Positions 1-10,538 of a stretch of DNA of 64,000 nucleotides are shown in pieces. Location: the NCBI RefSeq assembly GCF_000143415.4, contig NW_003314266.1, positions 1,944,463 to 2,008,462 on the forward strand, in the 5' to 3' direction. This DNA comes from Selaginella moellendorffii (lineage: Eukaryota > Plantae > Lycopodiophyta). The stretch's first letter is position 1. Each line of letters opens with the position of its first letter. The notes beneath the pieces are model-generated. The model had not been told where the DNA came from and did no database searches. It was given only the letters and a program-made list of their open reading frames with translations. Position numbers and translations under genes: made by a program.

Positions 1-740
1 ATCTCTTTACAAAGCCAAAGATTGCCAAAGTTTGTTCAGCAATGCTCAGTACTGCCAGAGAGGAGCAAAAAAACTTTATGAGAGTCGCTGCATTTGCATC
101 CCACACCACATAGCATAGGGGGGCAGTAGAAACAAGCATGGTAGGAAACAAAAGAAATTTAAGAAAAGGTGGCCGATGTTGTGTGAAGAACGATCATTCC
201 GTACAAGAGAGAACTGCAAGTCACTCATTGACACCACAAGGATTAGGATTTGATAAGTTGGGGGGGGGGGGGGGTTGCTCTGATCCTGCAATTTGGTCTA
301 CTAAACTCTGCAATATCTACTTGCTTGCAATTTACAAAAGGCAGGTGAGTTTTCTAACCTGAGGCCTGAAGGAGAATCAAAGTGTGCACATGCAGGGGCA
401 TCAAATCAGACCTCATGTTCTTGGCACAAAAGTTGACTTTAAACCACATGGCAAATGCAAGGTGGGTGCAAGCCTAAATGAAGTGAATCTCTTATAAAAT
501 TACGCCCCCAGCGGTAAAAAAGAAACAACTTTGGTCTGATCTCGAAGTCAGTAGTCCATCTGATCCAAGATCAATGTACGCTCTCCTCAGGATTTCCATT
601 TGACTTTATATTATTAATTAGTAATATACGAAAAAGAAAAAGTTATTATTATCTTTTAAAACTTAGTAAGTGTCAAAAATTTAAAAATTTTAGGTGTAAA
701 TTTAAATTATTAGTTAATGATAGAAACTACCAAGGACATG

Positions 741-813
741 CGCGCCAGGCAGGGATCGAACCTGCGACTTTCTGCTTAGGAAACAGACGCTCTATCCGCT
801 GAGCTACAGGCGC
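741..813 (-). tRNA. trnR-CCT: tRNA-Arg (anticodon CCT)
   Basis: Reverse complement reads GCGCCTGTAGCTCAGCGGATAGAGCGTCTGTTTCCTAAGCAGAAAGTCGCAGGTTCGATCCCTGCCTGGCGCG (73 nt). Cloverleaf with anticodon arm TCTGT-TTCCTAA-GCAGA, A box TAGCTCAGCGG and B box GGTTCGATCC. Confidence 0.97.
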
Positions 814-882
814 TAAGCTGCGGAATTAAAAAAGCTTAATTTGCTAAGTAACGAGTGAAAATCCTAGCGGATTGATGGATTG

Positions 883-2595
883 ATGGAGGCTATGGCGGAG
901 ACGAAATGCATCAATGCGCCGCCGAGAATGCGCAGGTGAGGCAAATGCTCGGCGAAAAGATGCGATTTTTAAAACTTCTTTTTTTCAGGTATGCTGTGGC
1001 TGGAGCAGGATTTGCTGGTGTTTCCGTGGCCTGGCATCTCTTACAGGTTCTTTTTCTCGGCAATGATCGTTGATCGGTCACGCGTTTCCTTAGAGGTTTT
1101 CTTTTTGGTTTTTACTTTCGCGCAGTTCACGAATCCATCCGTGTCAGTCAGTGTTGAGCTCTTTGATGAGAGAGGCATTGCCGCTGGAGCGTCCGGTGCG
1201 TCCGGAGGATTGCTCCATCCGTTTTCTCCAACAGGTTTGATAGTTTCTTTCGTGTGTTTTTTCCTGAAGATTTGCTGCTCTCTTGCCAGGAAAATTACTC
1301 TGGAAAGGTGCCGAAGGATTTCGAGCATCGCTGGATTTGGTGGCTGTTGCCGAGTCGATGGTCCCAGAAGACGATGAGCCAATCTCATGGAAAAGGTTAG
1401 AACAATTTTTTCTTTGTTCGTATGAAACTTCTCTGAAAGTTTGTGCGTCTATAGGGGGATCTTAAGACCTGCTCTTTGCGAGAAGCACACCCGGAACTTC
1501 CGAAAGGTTGGCTAAAGTTCCTCAAGTTTTTTTTTTCTTTTCTATCGCTTGTTTTCACTAGAATGTGGATTGCAGCAATGGTAGCGCTGGAGCGCCAAGA
1601 ATTCTCACCGCAAGAGAGGCCAGAGAACTACTTCCAGGGCTTTCCATGCAAGACGATCTCCTTGCGTTGCACATCCGCGCGGGAATCAACGTCGATCCAA
1701 AGCGCTACCTGGAAGTAAGTTATCTTCGTTTCTCCTTAGAACTACAGAGCAAAGTTTCGAATCTCACAGGCACTGTGGAAAGCATGCCTCTCGTTCGCAA
1801 ACTCCGCGCGAGTGTCAGGCTGCCCTGGAACGAAAGCATCACTTCACAAGCGTCGCATCGCCAGTATCTGCGATCTCTCAGGTAGGAAGTAACAGTAGCT
1901 TCGGTCGATTCTAACAGGAACATCTCTTTTTTCTCGAAGATTACGACGCTGTGGTACTTTGCCTGGGCGCTCAAGCTCTATTGTTACCAGAACTCCAGGG
2001 AAAGTTACCACTTACACCGTGCCGTGGAGTCGTAGCAAAAATGGAGCTGCCAGAGAAAAGGAGGTGAAAAAAAAAGCACTTTTTTCTCGTCGACCATACT
2101 GAAGAACACCTTTGCTTTGTCAGTGAACAGTTCAATGGCACGGCACCTAGTGTTTTGTCCCGATCATGGTTGGCATTCCAGGGAAAGAGAAGGCTGCTGC
2201 TTGGAGCCACGAAAGAGGCCTTCATCTCGCCATCGCCAAGAGCACAAGATTTGTCAGCCCTGGAAGAGCTTTACCAGAAAGCCAGGCAGCTTTATCCCGG
2301 CATCTCACAGTGGGAAGTAACTGGCCTGCGAGAAGGCGTCCGAGCGTTGCCACCGCGATATGGTGATCTGGGAGCGATCCCTTTGGTTGGAAGCCTGGAT
2401 GGTGATGTGAGAACTTTGGAGTCACCAGTAAGGAATGGCAAATGCCGGCCTCCTCGCTTGTGGATTTTTGGAGGGCTTGGTTCCAGGGGCCTGGTATACC
2501 ACGCGTGGCTGGGAAGCAAAGTCGCCCAGGCCGTGGTTCTCGAGAACCAAGAGGTTCTTCCGCAAGAAGCGCGCCAGTGGAAAAACCTCACGTAA
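883..2595 (+). CDS. FAD-dependent oxidoreductase (DAO/glycine-oxidase-like family), multi-exon
   Basis: Spliced N-terminus MEAMAETK...RYAVAGAGFAGVSVAWHL (GxGxxG dinucleotide fold), then GIAAGASGASGGLLHPFSP, and C-terminal GVRALPP...GGLGSRGLVYHAWLG. Short GT-AG introns. Confidence 0.85.
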
Positions 2596-2639
2596 AGGGT
2601 TTAAAGAAATTTTAAAAGTATACCAAGGGTTTAGGGTTT

Positions 2640-4280
2640 ATGGAGGCTGATGAGTTTGAGTGCTTCACATTAGACGATCCCTCACCGCCAAGATCGTGGA
2701 TTTCATTGACGTCAAAGTGCCAATCCTGGTGGAATGTATTTTCGGCGATCCCCCAGAGGAAACTACATTCTTGGATGAAGTGGGATTTCACGGGAAAATC
2801 TACAAGCGTGTTCGCGGCCGCCAAGTTCTTGTCCACTTGCAACGCGGCCGAGAAGCCAGTGACAAGGCGCATTGCGTTTGTGAATACTGCTCGAGCGATG
2901 GCAAACCCGGAGAGGGCTGTAATCGCGGCTATCCAAGCAGCCTGTGATCGCGATGGGGATTCCGAGGAGCTGGCTCTTCTCAAGTCTTGGACTCGTTTCT
3001 ACGAGAGTCTCGTCTGCGGTATATATTATGTGGTGGACGATGGCGAGAAAATCTCCGCTTCAAGCGACACTGCGTATTTCCTGGCCAGTTTGGTGCCTAC
3101 ATGCGCGCTTGTTTACTGCGCTTAGCGACTGGATGAACGTAATCCGGCATCATAAAATTCAGAACTTCATGATCGCTCAAGGTATGTGTGTGATTTAGTT
3201 CTCATGCAAGGTATGATCGAGCTCTCTTTCTAGAATGAGGAGCTGAATGCGTTTTGTAAATTATTCAAGATCGACTTGACGAAGGTCGACTTATCTAGGC
3301 CTGGGACAAATCCGAAGTTGCTACTCTTGTACAACGTTGGAGGCCGAGGTTACCAAGTTTTTGGCTAGAAACCTCTCAAACACGAGCACCGGAAACGACA
3401 GTCTAGTCGAAGATCTAGCAGGGGTGAGAAAGCTCCTACCATTTAACCATGTTGTGGACAGCAAGTATTTGTGTGTCGGTGAGGATGGTAACGCTGGAAT
3501 GCATCACGGACGAGCTGCGGTCGTTCTGCTCCAAACAGTTGGCGGCTGTGATAGAGGACCATGACGTTGATCGAGCACACGACCTCCTCGCGGAGGTGGC
3601 CGAGGATCACAACATGATACGAATCGGCTGGAATGCGGAGGTGGCCGTGCTTGTAGCGCTCAAGTTAAAAAAACTCGACATCCGCTATGGGAGTGGTCTC
3701 AGCGTGAGGGCCGGGGTGCCTTCGTTTTAGCTTTTCCGGGGAGAGATCTCGGCCCGTTTGCCGTCTAGAGGCACGCAACCACGCGTGTACGTACCGCGAT
3801 CGTAGCGTTCCAGGTCTTGGTTGCTCGGAATGGAGAGTGACGTCACCATGGGACGCTTGAGAAGGCGGAAGCATTGTTTCGAGCTGCAGGCAAGAAGCTC
3901 AAGATCCTCGTGTATGTCATGCCGTGTTGCAAGTTTACGTCTCACCTGATGGAGTCTGTGCAGTACGATGGTCTGAGCTACTACTGCGTGACGATGTCAT
4001 TTGGCGAGCTGAGTAGCACGCTGCGAGTGATAGACAACACGCTGGCCAAGATCACAGGCTTTTCGATTCGTCAGGTACACCAGTTCTAGAGTTTTGAGAC
4101 GAGTTTTACGATTGTTCTTGCAGAAGAGCGATGCGTGCTGCTGTTGCGAGGAGGAAGGTTATAGTGACTGGGTCCAGTGCGATGTTGCTTGCTATGGTAC
4201 CACTGGAGCTGTGTCAAGCATGATTCCAGTTGCATCTTGCTGGCAATCCAAGGCGGCTTCCACGTCCAGTGACACGAGAG
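2640..4280 (+). pseudogene. Frameshifted pseudogene of unknown family ending in a broken PHD-type zinc finger
   Basis: Coding-like blocks switch frame several times (ORFs 2640, 2660, 2944, 3337, 3449, 3874). At about 4130-4230: CCCCEEEGYSDWVQCD-[frameshift]-CLLWYHWSCV. Confidence 0.45.
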
Positions 4281-4820
4281 TTCGAGTGCTACAAGAGTCT
4301 TGATCTTTGACGTTCCGGTTGGGCTTTCCGCGTGAAGAAGTCCTTGCAAGAGTAAAGGCGTCAACGATCAGGACTTGGAACCTCCAAGATCAAGAACCAT
4401 ACTTATCAGTGGCCACCAAGAGGTTCATGGAGACTTTCTCTGCTGCTCCAAACCTTTGAAGTATATCAGTAACGAGCAAGTGGAACGTCAAAGATCAAGA
4501 ATTGCCGATTGACTAACTAGTATGCCATGTTTTATGTGTAATTTACCTACCTTCACTTTTTCAGAAAAATGACCCTAGTCTGCTGCTCAATCCTAGAAAA
4601 ACGTTTCGAATCTCACTTCAGCGCTACGCCAGTAATGTCCGAGCACGGATGATCTTTGAGTAGCATGCCGCGCGGTACACCTATATGCCGAGTCATCTGG
4701 CGGCAATTCTCTTTTGCTTTTAAGAGCAAAAGAGTACGAAATGTAGTCCAACACAATTTATAAATAGTAATTACTGATTAAAGGGTTTTTTAAACCGGAT
4801 TAAAGGGTTTCATTTCTATT

Positions 4821-5717
4821 ATGAAGTTTATGAAAGCTCACCTGGATTTGGAGCTCGTGGAGAGATTGACGGGTGGCATGCCGGGCTTGCTGCGATTCTA
4901 CGAAGAGGCCAAGAGCAACGAGGAGGCTTTCATCGAGAGGATCAGAGGTGCTTACACAAGCTCTACAGCAAATTTATCACGAAGATTGAGAATCGGAAAG
5001 AACTTTCAGCTAGAATGGCTTTGGTGGTCTCGGTGGTCACGAGTTCACGCAAGAGAAGGCTAGCATGAAACTCTTCTGGTATGACGAGGAGCGGCGGCTA
5101 TTCCATATCCTCTGCCCGTATCTGCGATCGCAAGGCGAGCTCTACATCATGGAGCACTTCGAGAAGTTATAAAGCGGGCTGGAGTTTCCAGATATCCAGA
5201 GATGGGCCGGAGCTGTCCGGCTCGACTGCGAGCGTGACCGGGGGACCGATAAGCTGATCGGATGGAACGTAGAGGAGCTGGTCATAAGCATGGTACGCTT
5301 CCACAAGCGGCTTCTCGGCGACGATCTCAAGCATTACCGCACACGGGCATGAGAGGATGTGGTTGCAAGTCTCAACGCTCAGCAGCTCTTCGAGGGCGTT
5401 CTTCTCGGCCCTGCGTCTTTGAGTGAAGGCAGCACTGGATCTTGTCCTGCTCAAGCTCGAGGAAGATGGCACGCTGAGGATTCTGGCGGTGGAGAACGCA
5501 GTCGCTGGCTGGAAGAGAAAACGGAGAATTGGAAGAACGAAGTGCTTTCAAAATGGATTCTTTATTATGTGATGCCAAAGAGCATTATGCTTTACATAGT
5601 GGCAAATATGCCTTTTTCAGGAAATTCAGGGACATACATCCGTGCCTCCAAGAGTTTGACGTTTGGCCTCAGTTGGATTATGTGATGCAATGGGATCACT
5701 CAGCAGTACAAAATTGA
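4821..5717 (+). pseudogene. Degenerate coding-like sequence, family not recognised
   Basis: GC-rich, codon-like blocks (MKFMKAHLDLELVERLTGG..., ...GWNVEELVISMVRFHKRLL...) broken by stops and frameshifts, preceded by AGGGTTT motifs. Confidence 0.3.
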
Positions 5718-6437
5718 AACGTGATACAATTGGAGGGAATCAACCATGAGATCGGGAATCAACTGTGCAAAATCAAATCTAGAAAATACTAACCCACCAC
5801 GGAGATTTGATCGTTCTTTGATTATTTATTTTGACCTTTTAGGGCTACCTGTTGACCCTTGAAATTCTAGCGTATACATTGAAAGCATAATTCATGGTTT
5901 GGAGCTTTACAATGTCCGCGCTACTTTACATTCCGGAGCCAGGGATGAGTGGGATGTCTATCAGTTTCTCAAGGATCTCAAGACCAGTGACAAGGAACTG
6001 GTGGAGTGCGCACAGCAAGACTTGCGCGAAGCTCAGTGCTTCCACGAGCTCTATGAGTATATCTGGGGGTGGGAAGACTGGCTTCCCGAAGCATCTGATT
6101 CCCTTCATCTGTATTTGTCGGTCACACTTCCCCGAGAGAGTTTAGCATAGAATGAACATCTTCTCCAGCGAGAGCTTCTTCTAAAAGATTGAAAGGAAAG
6201 AAAGGTATTAATGGATGAAGAATTTTTGTGAGCTACTACTATTCGCAAAAACTTACATGGTAAGTTACTTTGTGACCATATCTATGTCAAGAAGCGACCA
6301 GGGTGAAGCTCAGGTTGGCAACAAATCATCTTCCACTTGGTCGACAGCAATTCTTTTTTCATCAATATCGCGAGCCATAACAGATTCAAGGTTTGTTCTT
6401 TCTCATATGATATACAGCGATTCTTGACATTTCGCCA

Positions 6438-6890
6438 GCAGCAGAATCGCTTTGGCGGCAAGTGTTGGAGAAGAGAATGTAGAAGTAGCAATCCAGTCGT
6501 GTTTCGGGAGATAGGGCATGCTCGCGATCAAGTTCTCGGCGTCTACCAATCGCCTCCACTAGATGCCCTTTTTGGGCATTTCCGTCCGGCATGTGTGATC
6601 TCTCTCCGGCATCGAATCGAAGATAGGTTTTGTCTGGTAGAAATCGCTTGTCTGTGCGACAGCCGACACCATTGTTGTCCAGGATTTATAAGGTTCTTGT
6701 CGGGCATCCCTCCAAAGACGCTGCGAGCTTCTTCCAGATGCCCATGCTGGGCATAAACCACTATAATTGCGTTCCAGGAGACGAGATCCCTGTCGGGCAT
6801 CGTGTCAAAGATCCACTGCCCCTGTTTGTTCTTCACATTTCTCGTACCCCGTGAGATCCTTCTCCGGCATTTGATCGAAGACCTTCCTGT
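6438..6890 (-). pseudogene. Internally deleted partial copy of the PPR gene at 8632-10440
   Basis: Colinear nucleotide similarity to about 8648-9530 (e.g. gggagatagggcatgctcgcgatcaagttctcggcgtctacca shared), with large deletions and frameshifts. Translates as WIFDTMPDRDLVSWNAIIVVYAQHGHLEEARSVFGGMP. Confidence 0.9.
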
Positions 6891-8313
6891 GAGAACTTTT
6901 CCCGACCTTTAACTATACCAGCGAACCTGATGCGCAAGAATGAAATAGTAGAGCAGTTCGAGCGTAGCTCCGCATTGTTCTCCAGGCGCGGAAAGTCCAA
7001 CTAGAAGCATTGAGTTGAAGGGATCGATCCACTTATGCCTGGAGAAAATACGATACAAGTGAGTGAAAGTTTTACTTTGCAAACAATATCTGCTGTTCTC
7101 GTGAGCTCTTTCGTAACTATGGTTGCTTCGGAAATCCACCACTTCATACATGAGTGGAATCACAGTCAATCGTTCCCAAAGGGGAAGCCTGAGGAACTGC
7201 ACAAAGAAATAAAGACCATGCATCTCACATCACGAAATGACTAGGAATTTAAGCTACCTCAATTGGTTATAAAGAAACGTGAGTGTATACAAAAAGGATA
7301 AACAAAAATTAATTTTTCTTCTTAATTATAAAGTACAAGTTATTTTTTTATCACAATGGAATATTTGGAATCTTTGTAAACTTTGTAAAACAAAAGGAAT
7401 AAAAACACCATTATATTAACACAGGACTTCGTCTTCACCTTTCTGGCTGTTTAGGTTGAGAAATAGCTACATTAATGTGGCTATTGTGCATCAAGGCAAG
7501 ATGATGGGAACTGGTGTCACCACTATGGCTCTCCATTGAGGTGGCTCTATTGAAACGCAAGTATCTAGGTTTTCAAACCGCAAATCTTCACTCTAGAATT
7601 AAATGGAGATTAATGAGCGTCCTCCTAGCATGCAAAGAACAAAATGCTGATTTTAAAAATAAAATGCTGCTTAAATTTAAATATAAAGCAAACCATAATT
7701 GCTACTAAACCTTCACGATTCACATTACCAATTTCATCCAAATGTGCCAGGTCAAGCCACGAGGTCGTCTGCCTGACTATCTTGAAGACGAGAAGACTAC
7801 TCGAGAGCTCTTGACCATTTTGAGTTTGAGAACCAGGAGTGAACAGCCACGGAGTTTTGGTGACACGGCAGTCCCTGCACTCGGATGTGCTATCTGTCAC
7901 AACACAGAAATGAAGTTATGGCGGATCCAAATTCAAATCCCCTCATCGGTGATGCTCTCTCGAGCTAGAAACGCTCCTTTCTCTCGTAAGCAAGAAATTT
8001 AATGGCTGGAATGCCTTCTCCACAAATAATTAATATCTTTAAATTAGGTAAGCCACAAGAGCTTCATGCACCTCGTCAGACTAGTCGTTGTTAAACATTT
8101 GTTATAGGCTATCACGACTTTGTGACCGGGCTACAAAATTTCAGGATGCATATGCATCTAGTGCGATTGTTCACACCCGTGTTGGAAACGATCACCTGGA
8201 AGAAACTGTAAAACCAGAGGGTGACTCCAGGATCGCAAATTCTGTTGGGGATCTTCGCTGAGCATGATGCCTCAACATATCAAAGGATTTTATGCTTCTT
8301 AGGGTTGAAATTT

Positions 8314-8507
8314 GGGCTGGGTTGTGCCGGGGAAGGCACTAGTGTAAGGCCAACCCGACACGCGGAAGGCCGGGTAGCAAGCTACCGGTAGCCCCCGTCC
8401 CACAAAAAATTAGATAATAGCGTTGGAACACATGGTCCCAATATCAGCTACTAACTGATAAGAACAGATACTACACACGATCTAAGCCAAGAGGCTGAGA
8501 AAGGTAT
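8314..8507 (-). ncRNA. U2: U2 spliceosomal snRNA (sequence variant)
   Basis: Reverse complement begins ATACCTTTCTCAGCCTCTTGGCTTAGATCGTGTGTAGTATCTGTTCTTATCAG. Contains the branch-point recognition sequence GTAGTA, stems IIa/IIb, Sm site AATTTTTTG, stem III with GGTAG-CTTG-CTACC and stem IV. About 194 nt; 3' end approximate. Confidence 0.93.
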
Positions 8508-8531
8508 GAATTTTACATGTCCAGCCCTCTC

Positions 8532-8579
8532 TTTATATACTCAAACCCTGGCACGCGTTTGCACCATGGCATGTGGGAT
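8532..8579 (-). promoter_or_regulatory. Plant snRNA promoter: USE plus TATA
   Basis: Minus strand ATCCCACATGC at 8579-8569 (plant USE consensus RTCCCACATCG). TATATAAA at 8539-8532 lies about 30 bp from the USE and 25-32 bp upstream of the U2 start, the longer Pol II-type spacing. Confidence 0.85.
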
Positions 8580-8631
8580 AGGGCGCCCGCCGACGTAAAC
8601 ATGTCTGATTAGGGCACAGGTGGCTGCCACC

Positions 8632-10440
8632 TCAGACTTTCATATTCGCAGAATCGTTTTGCTTCCTTTGGCGGCAAGTGTTAGAGAAGAGAACGTAGGG
8701 CACCGGGTCCGCTGGCCGCAGCTCCATCGCTCTCTCCGCCGCTCGGGCGCTTCGATCGACATTGCTATAGCTCGTGCACGCCCCCAGGTAGCAAATCCAG
8801 TCGTGGGCTTCCGGGAGATAGGGCATGCTCGCGATCAAGTTCTCGGCGTCTACCAGATGCCCAGCTCGCCCCAGCAGATCGACCATGCATCCATACTGCT
8901 GCTTGCTCGGCTTCATCCCGAAATCGATGATCAGGGATCCGAAGTAGCTCCGCCCGGACCTGGCGTCGCCCGTGTGGCTGCACACCGCGTGAAGAACACA
9001 GGTGAAGCACGTCTCATCGGGCTGGATCCCTTCCACCGCCATCGCCGAGAAGAACTCCACTGCGTCGCTGGGCTGCCCTCTCTGCGCGTACGCGACGAGG
9101 ATCGCGGTCCATGACACAACGTCTTGCTCGGGCATCGATTCAAACAATCGCCTGGCGGTCGCTAGATGCCCCTTTTGGGCATACAGTGCGAGCAATGCCG
9201 TCCAGCATACGTGATCTCTCTCCGGCATCGAATCGAAGATAGATTTTGTCTGGTCAAAATCCCCTGTCTGTGCGACCGCCGACAGCATTGTCGTCCAGGA
9301 GACAAGGTTCTTGTCGGGCATTCCTCCAAAGACGCTGCGAGCCTCTTCCAGATGCCCGTTCTGGGCATAAACCACGAGAATCGCGTTCCAGGAGACGAGA
9401 TCCCTGTCCGGCATCGCGTCGAAGATCCACTGTGCCTGATGGATCTTCACATTTCTCGCGTACCCGGTGAGCATCGCAGTCCAGGAGATGAGATCTTTCT
9501 CCGGCATCTGATCGAAGATCTTCCTCGCCTCGTCGAGCAACCCGATCTGCGAGTACATGCACAGCATCACGGTCCAGGACGCCGAATCCCTCGCCGGCAT
9601 TCGATCGAACACCTCCCTCGCCTCGCGCGGCAGCCGATTCTCCGAGAAGAGCAGCAGCATCGTGTTGCAGACGAAGAGATCCGTGCAGGGCATTCGATCG
9701 AAGACGCGGCGAGCGTCCCGGAGATCCCCCCGTGACGCGATCGCCGCTAGCATCGCCGTCCAGGAGATGAGATTGCGCTGGGGCATGGAATCGAACACCG
9801 ACCTGGCATCTTCCAGCTGCGCAGCGTGGGAATATGCCGTGAGCAAGGAGTTCCAGGACACGAGGTCCCGCCGGGGCATCGTGTAGAAGAGGTTGACGGC
9901 ATCTTTTAGATGCCCGTTCTGGGCATATGCCGCCACGATGCTGTTCCAGGAGATTAGGTTTCGCTCGGGCATGGACTCGAAGAGATTCTTAGCATCTTCC
10001 AGATGCCCATTTCGGGCATTTGCGCTGATGATCGCATTCCAGGATGATAGATCCCTCTCCAGCATGGAATCAAAAGCGTTCTTGGCCTCTTGGATCTTGC
10101 CGCTCTCCGAGTAGGCTGTGAGAATCGTGTTCCAGGAGATTAGATCCCACTCCGGCATCGCGGCGAAGATCTGCTCGGCGCTGGCTAGATCTTTGTTCTG
10201 GACGGATGCCGCGAGCATGAGATTCCAGGAGTAGAGGTCTTTGGTCTCGATCGCGTCGAAAATCTGGCGAGCGGCCTCCAGGCTCTTGCATTTTCCATAC
10301 ATTTGGAGTAGGAGATTTGAGAGGAAGACGATAGATCTGGATGGGAGCTCGCATTGCGATGCGATTCTGACGTGCGCGGCTTTGGCGTCGGGGAGGGTCT
10401 TGCAAGAGCGTATGAGCTCCACGCAATCGCACAGCTCCAT
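8632..10440 (-). CDS. PLS-class pentatricopeptide repeat protein with C-terminal E-type motifs, no DYW domain; intronless
   Basis: 602-aa ORF of about 31-aa repeats (FDxMPxxDLxSWxxML.AYAQ.G). C-terminus QYGCMVDLLGRAGHL...WICYLGAC...PYVLFSN. Confidence 0.93.
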   Translation of the reverse strand: MELCDCVELIRSCKTLPDAKAAHVRIASQCELPSRSIVFLSNLLLQMYGKCKSLEAARQIFDAIETKDLYSWNLMLAASVQNKDLASAEQIFAAMPEWDLISWNTILTAYSESGKIQEAKNAFDSMLERDLSSWNAIISANARNGHLEDAKNLFESMPERNLISWNSIVAAYAQNGHLKDAVNLFYTMPRRDLVSWNSLLTAYSHAAQLEDARSVFDSMPQRNLISWTAMLAAIASRGDLRDARRVFDRMPCTDLFVCNTMLLLFSENRLPREAREVFDRMPARDSASWTVMLCMYSQIGLLDEARKIFDQMPEKDLISWTAMLTGYARNVKIHQAQWIFDAMPDRDLVSWNAILVVYAQNGHLEEARSVFGGMPDKNLVSWTTMLSAVAQTGDFDQTKSIFDSMPERDHVCWTALLALYAQKGHLATARRLFESMPEQDVVSWTAILVAYAQRGQPSDAVEFFSAMAVEGIQPDETCFTCVLHAVCSHTGDARSGRSYFGSLIIDFGMKPSKQQYGCMVDLLGRAGHLVDAENLIASMPYLPEAHDWICYLGACTSYSNVDRSARAAERAMELRPADPVPYVLFSNTCRQRKQNDSANMKV

Positions 10441-10538
10441 TCATTGGTAAGAACAGGGCGAGATCGACGGTCGGGACGGTTCTATTTCGTATTCAACGGA
10501 CAGGATCTCGTCTGCCCATCTTTTTTTTCTCGAGAGCT

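Noticed and set aside
1-480. Short ORFs and a poly-G run at the window start
   Set aside because: No motif support; may belong to something outside the window.
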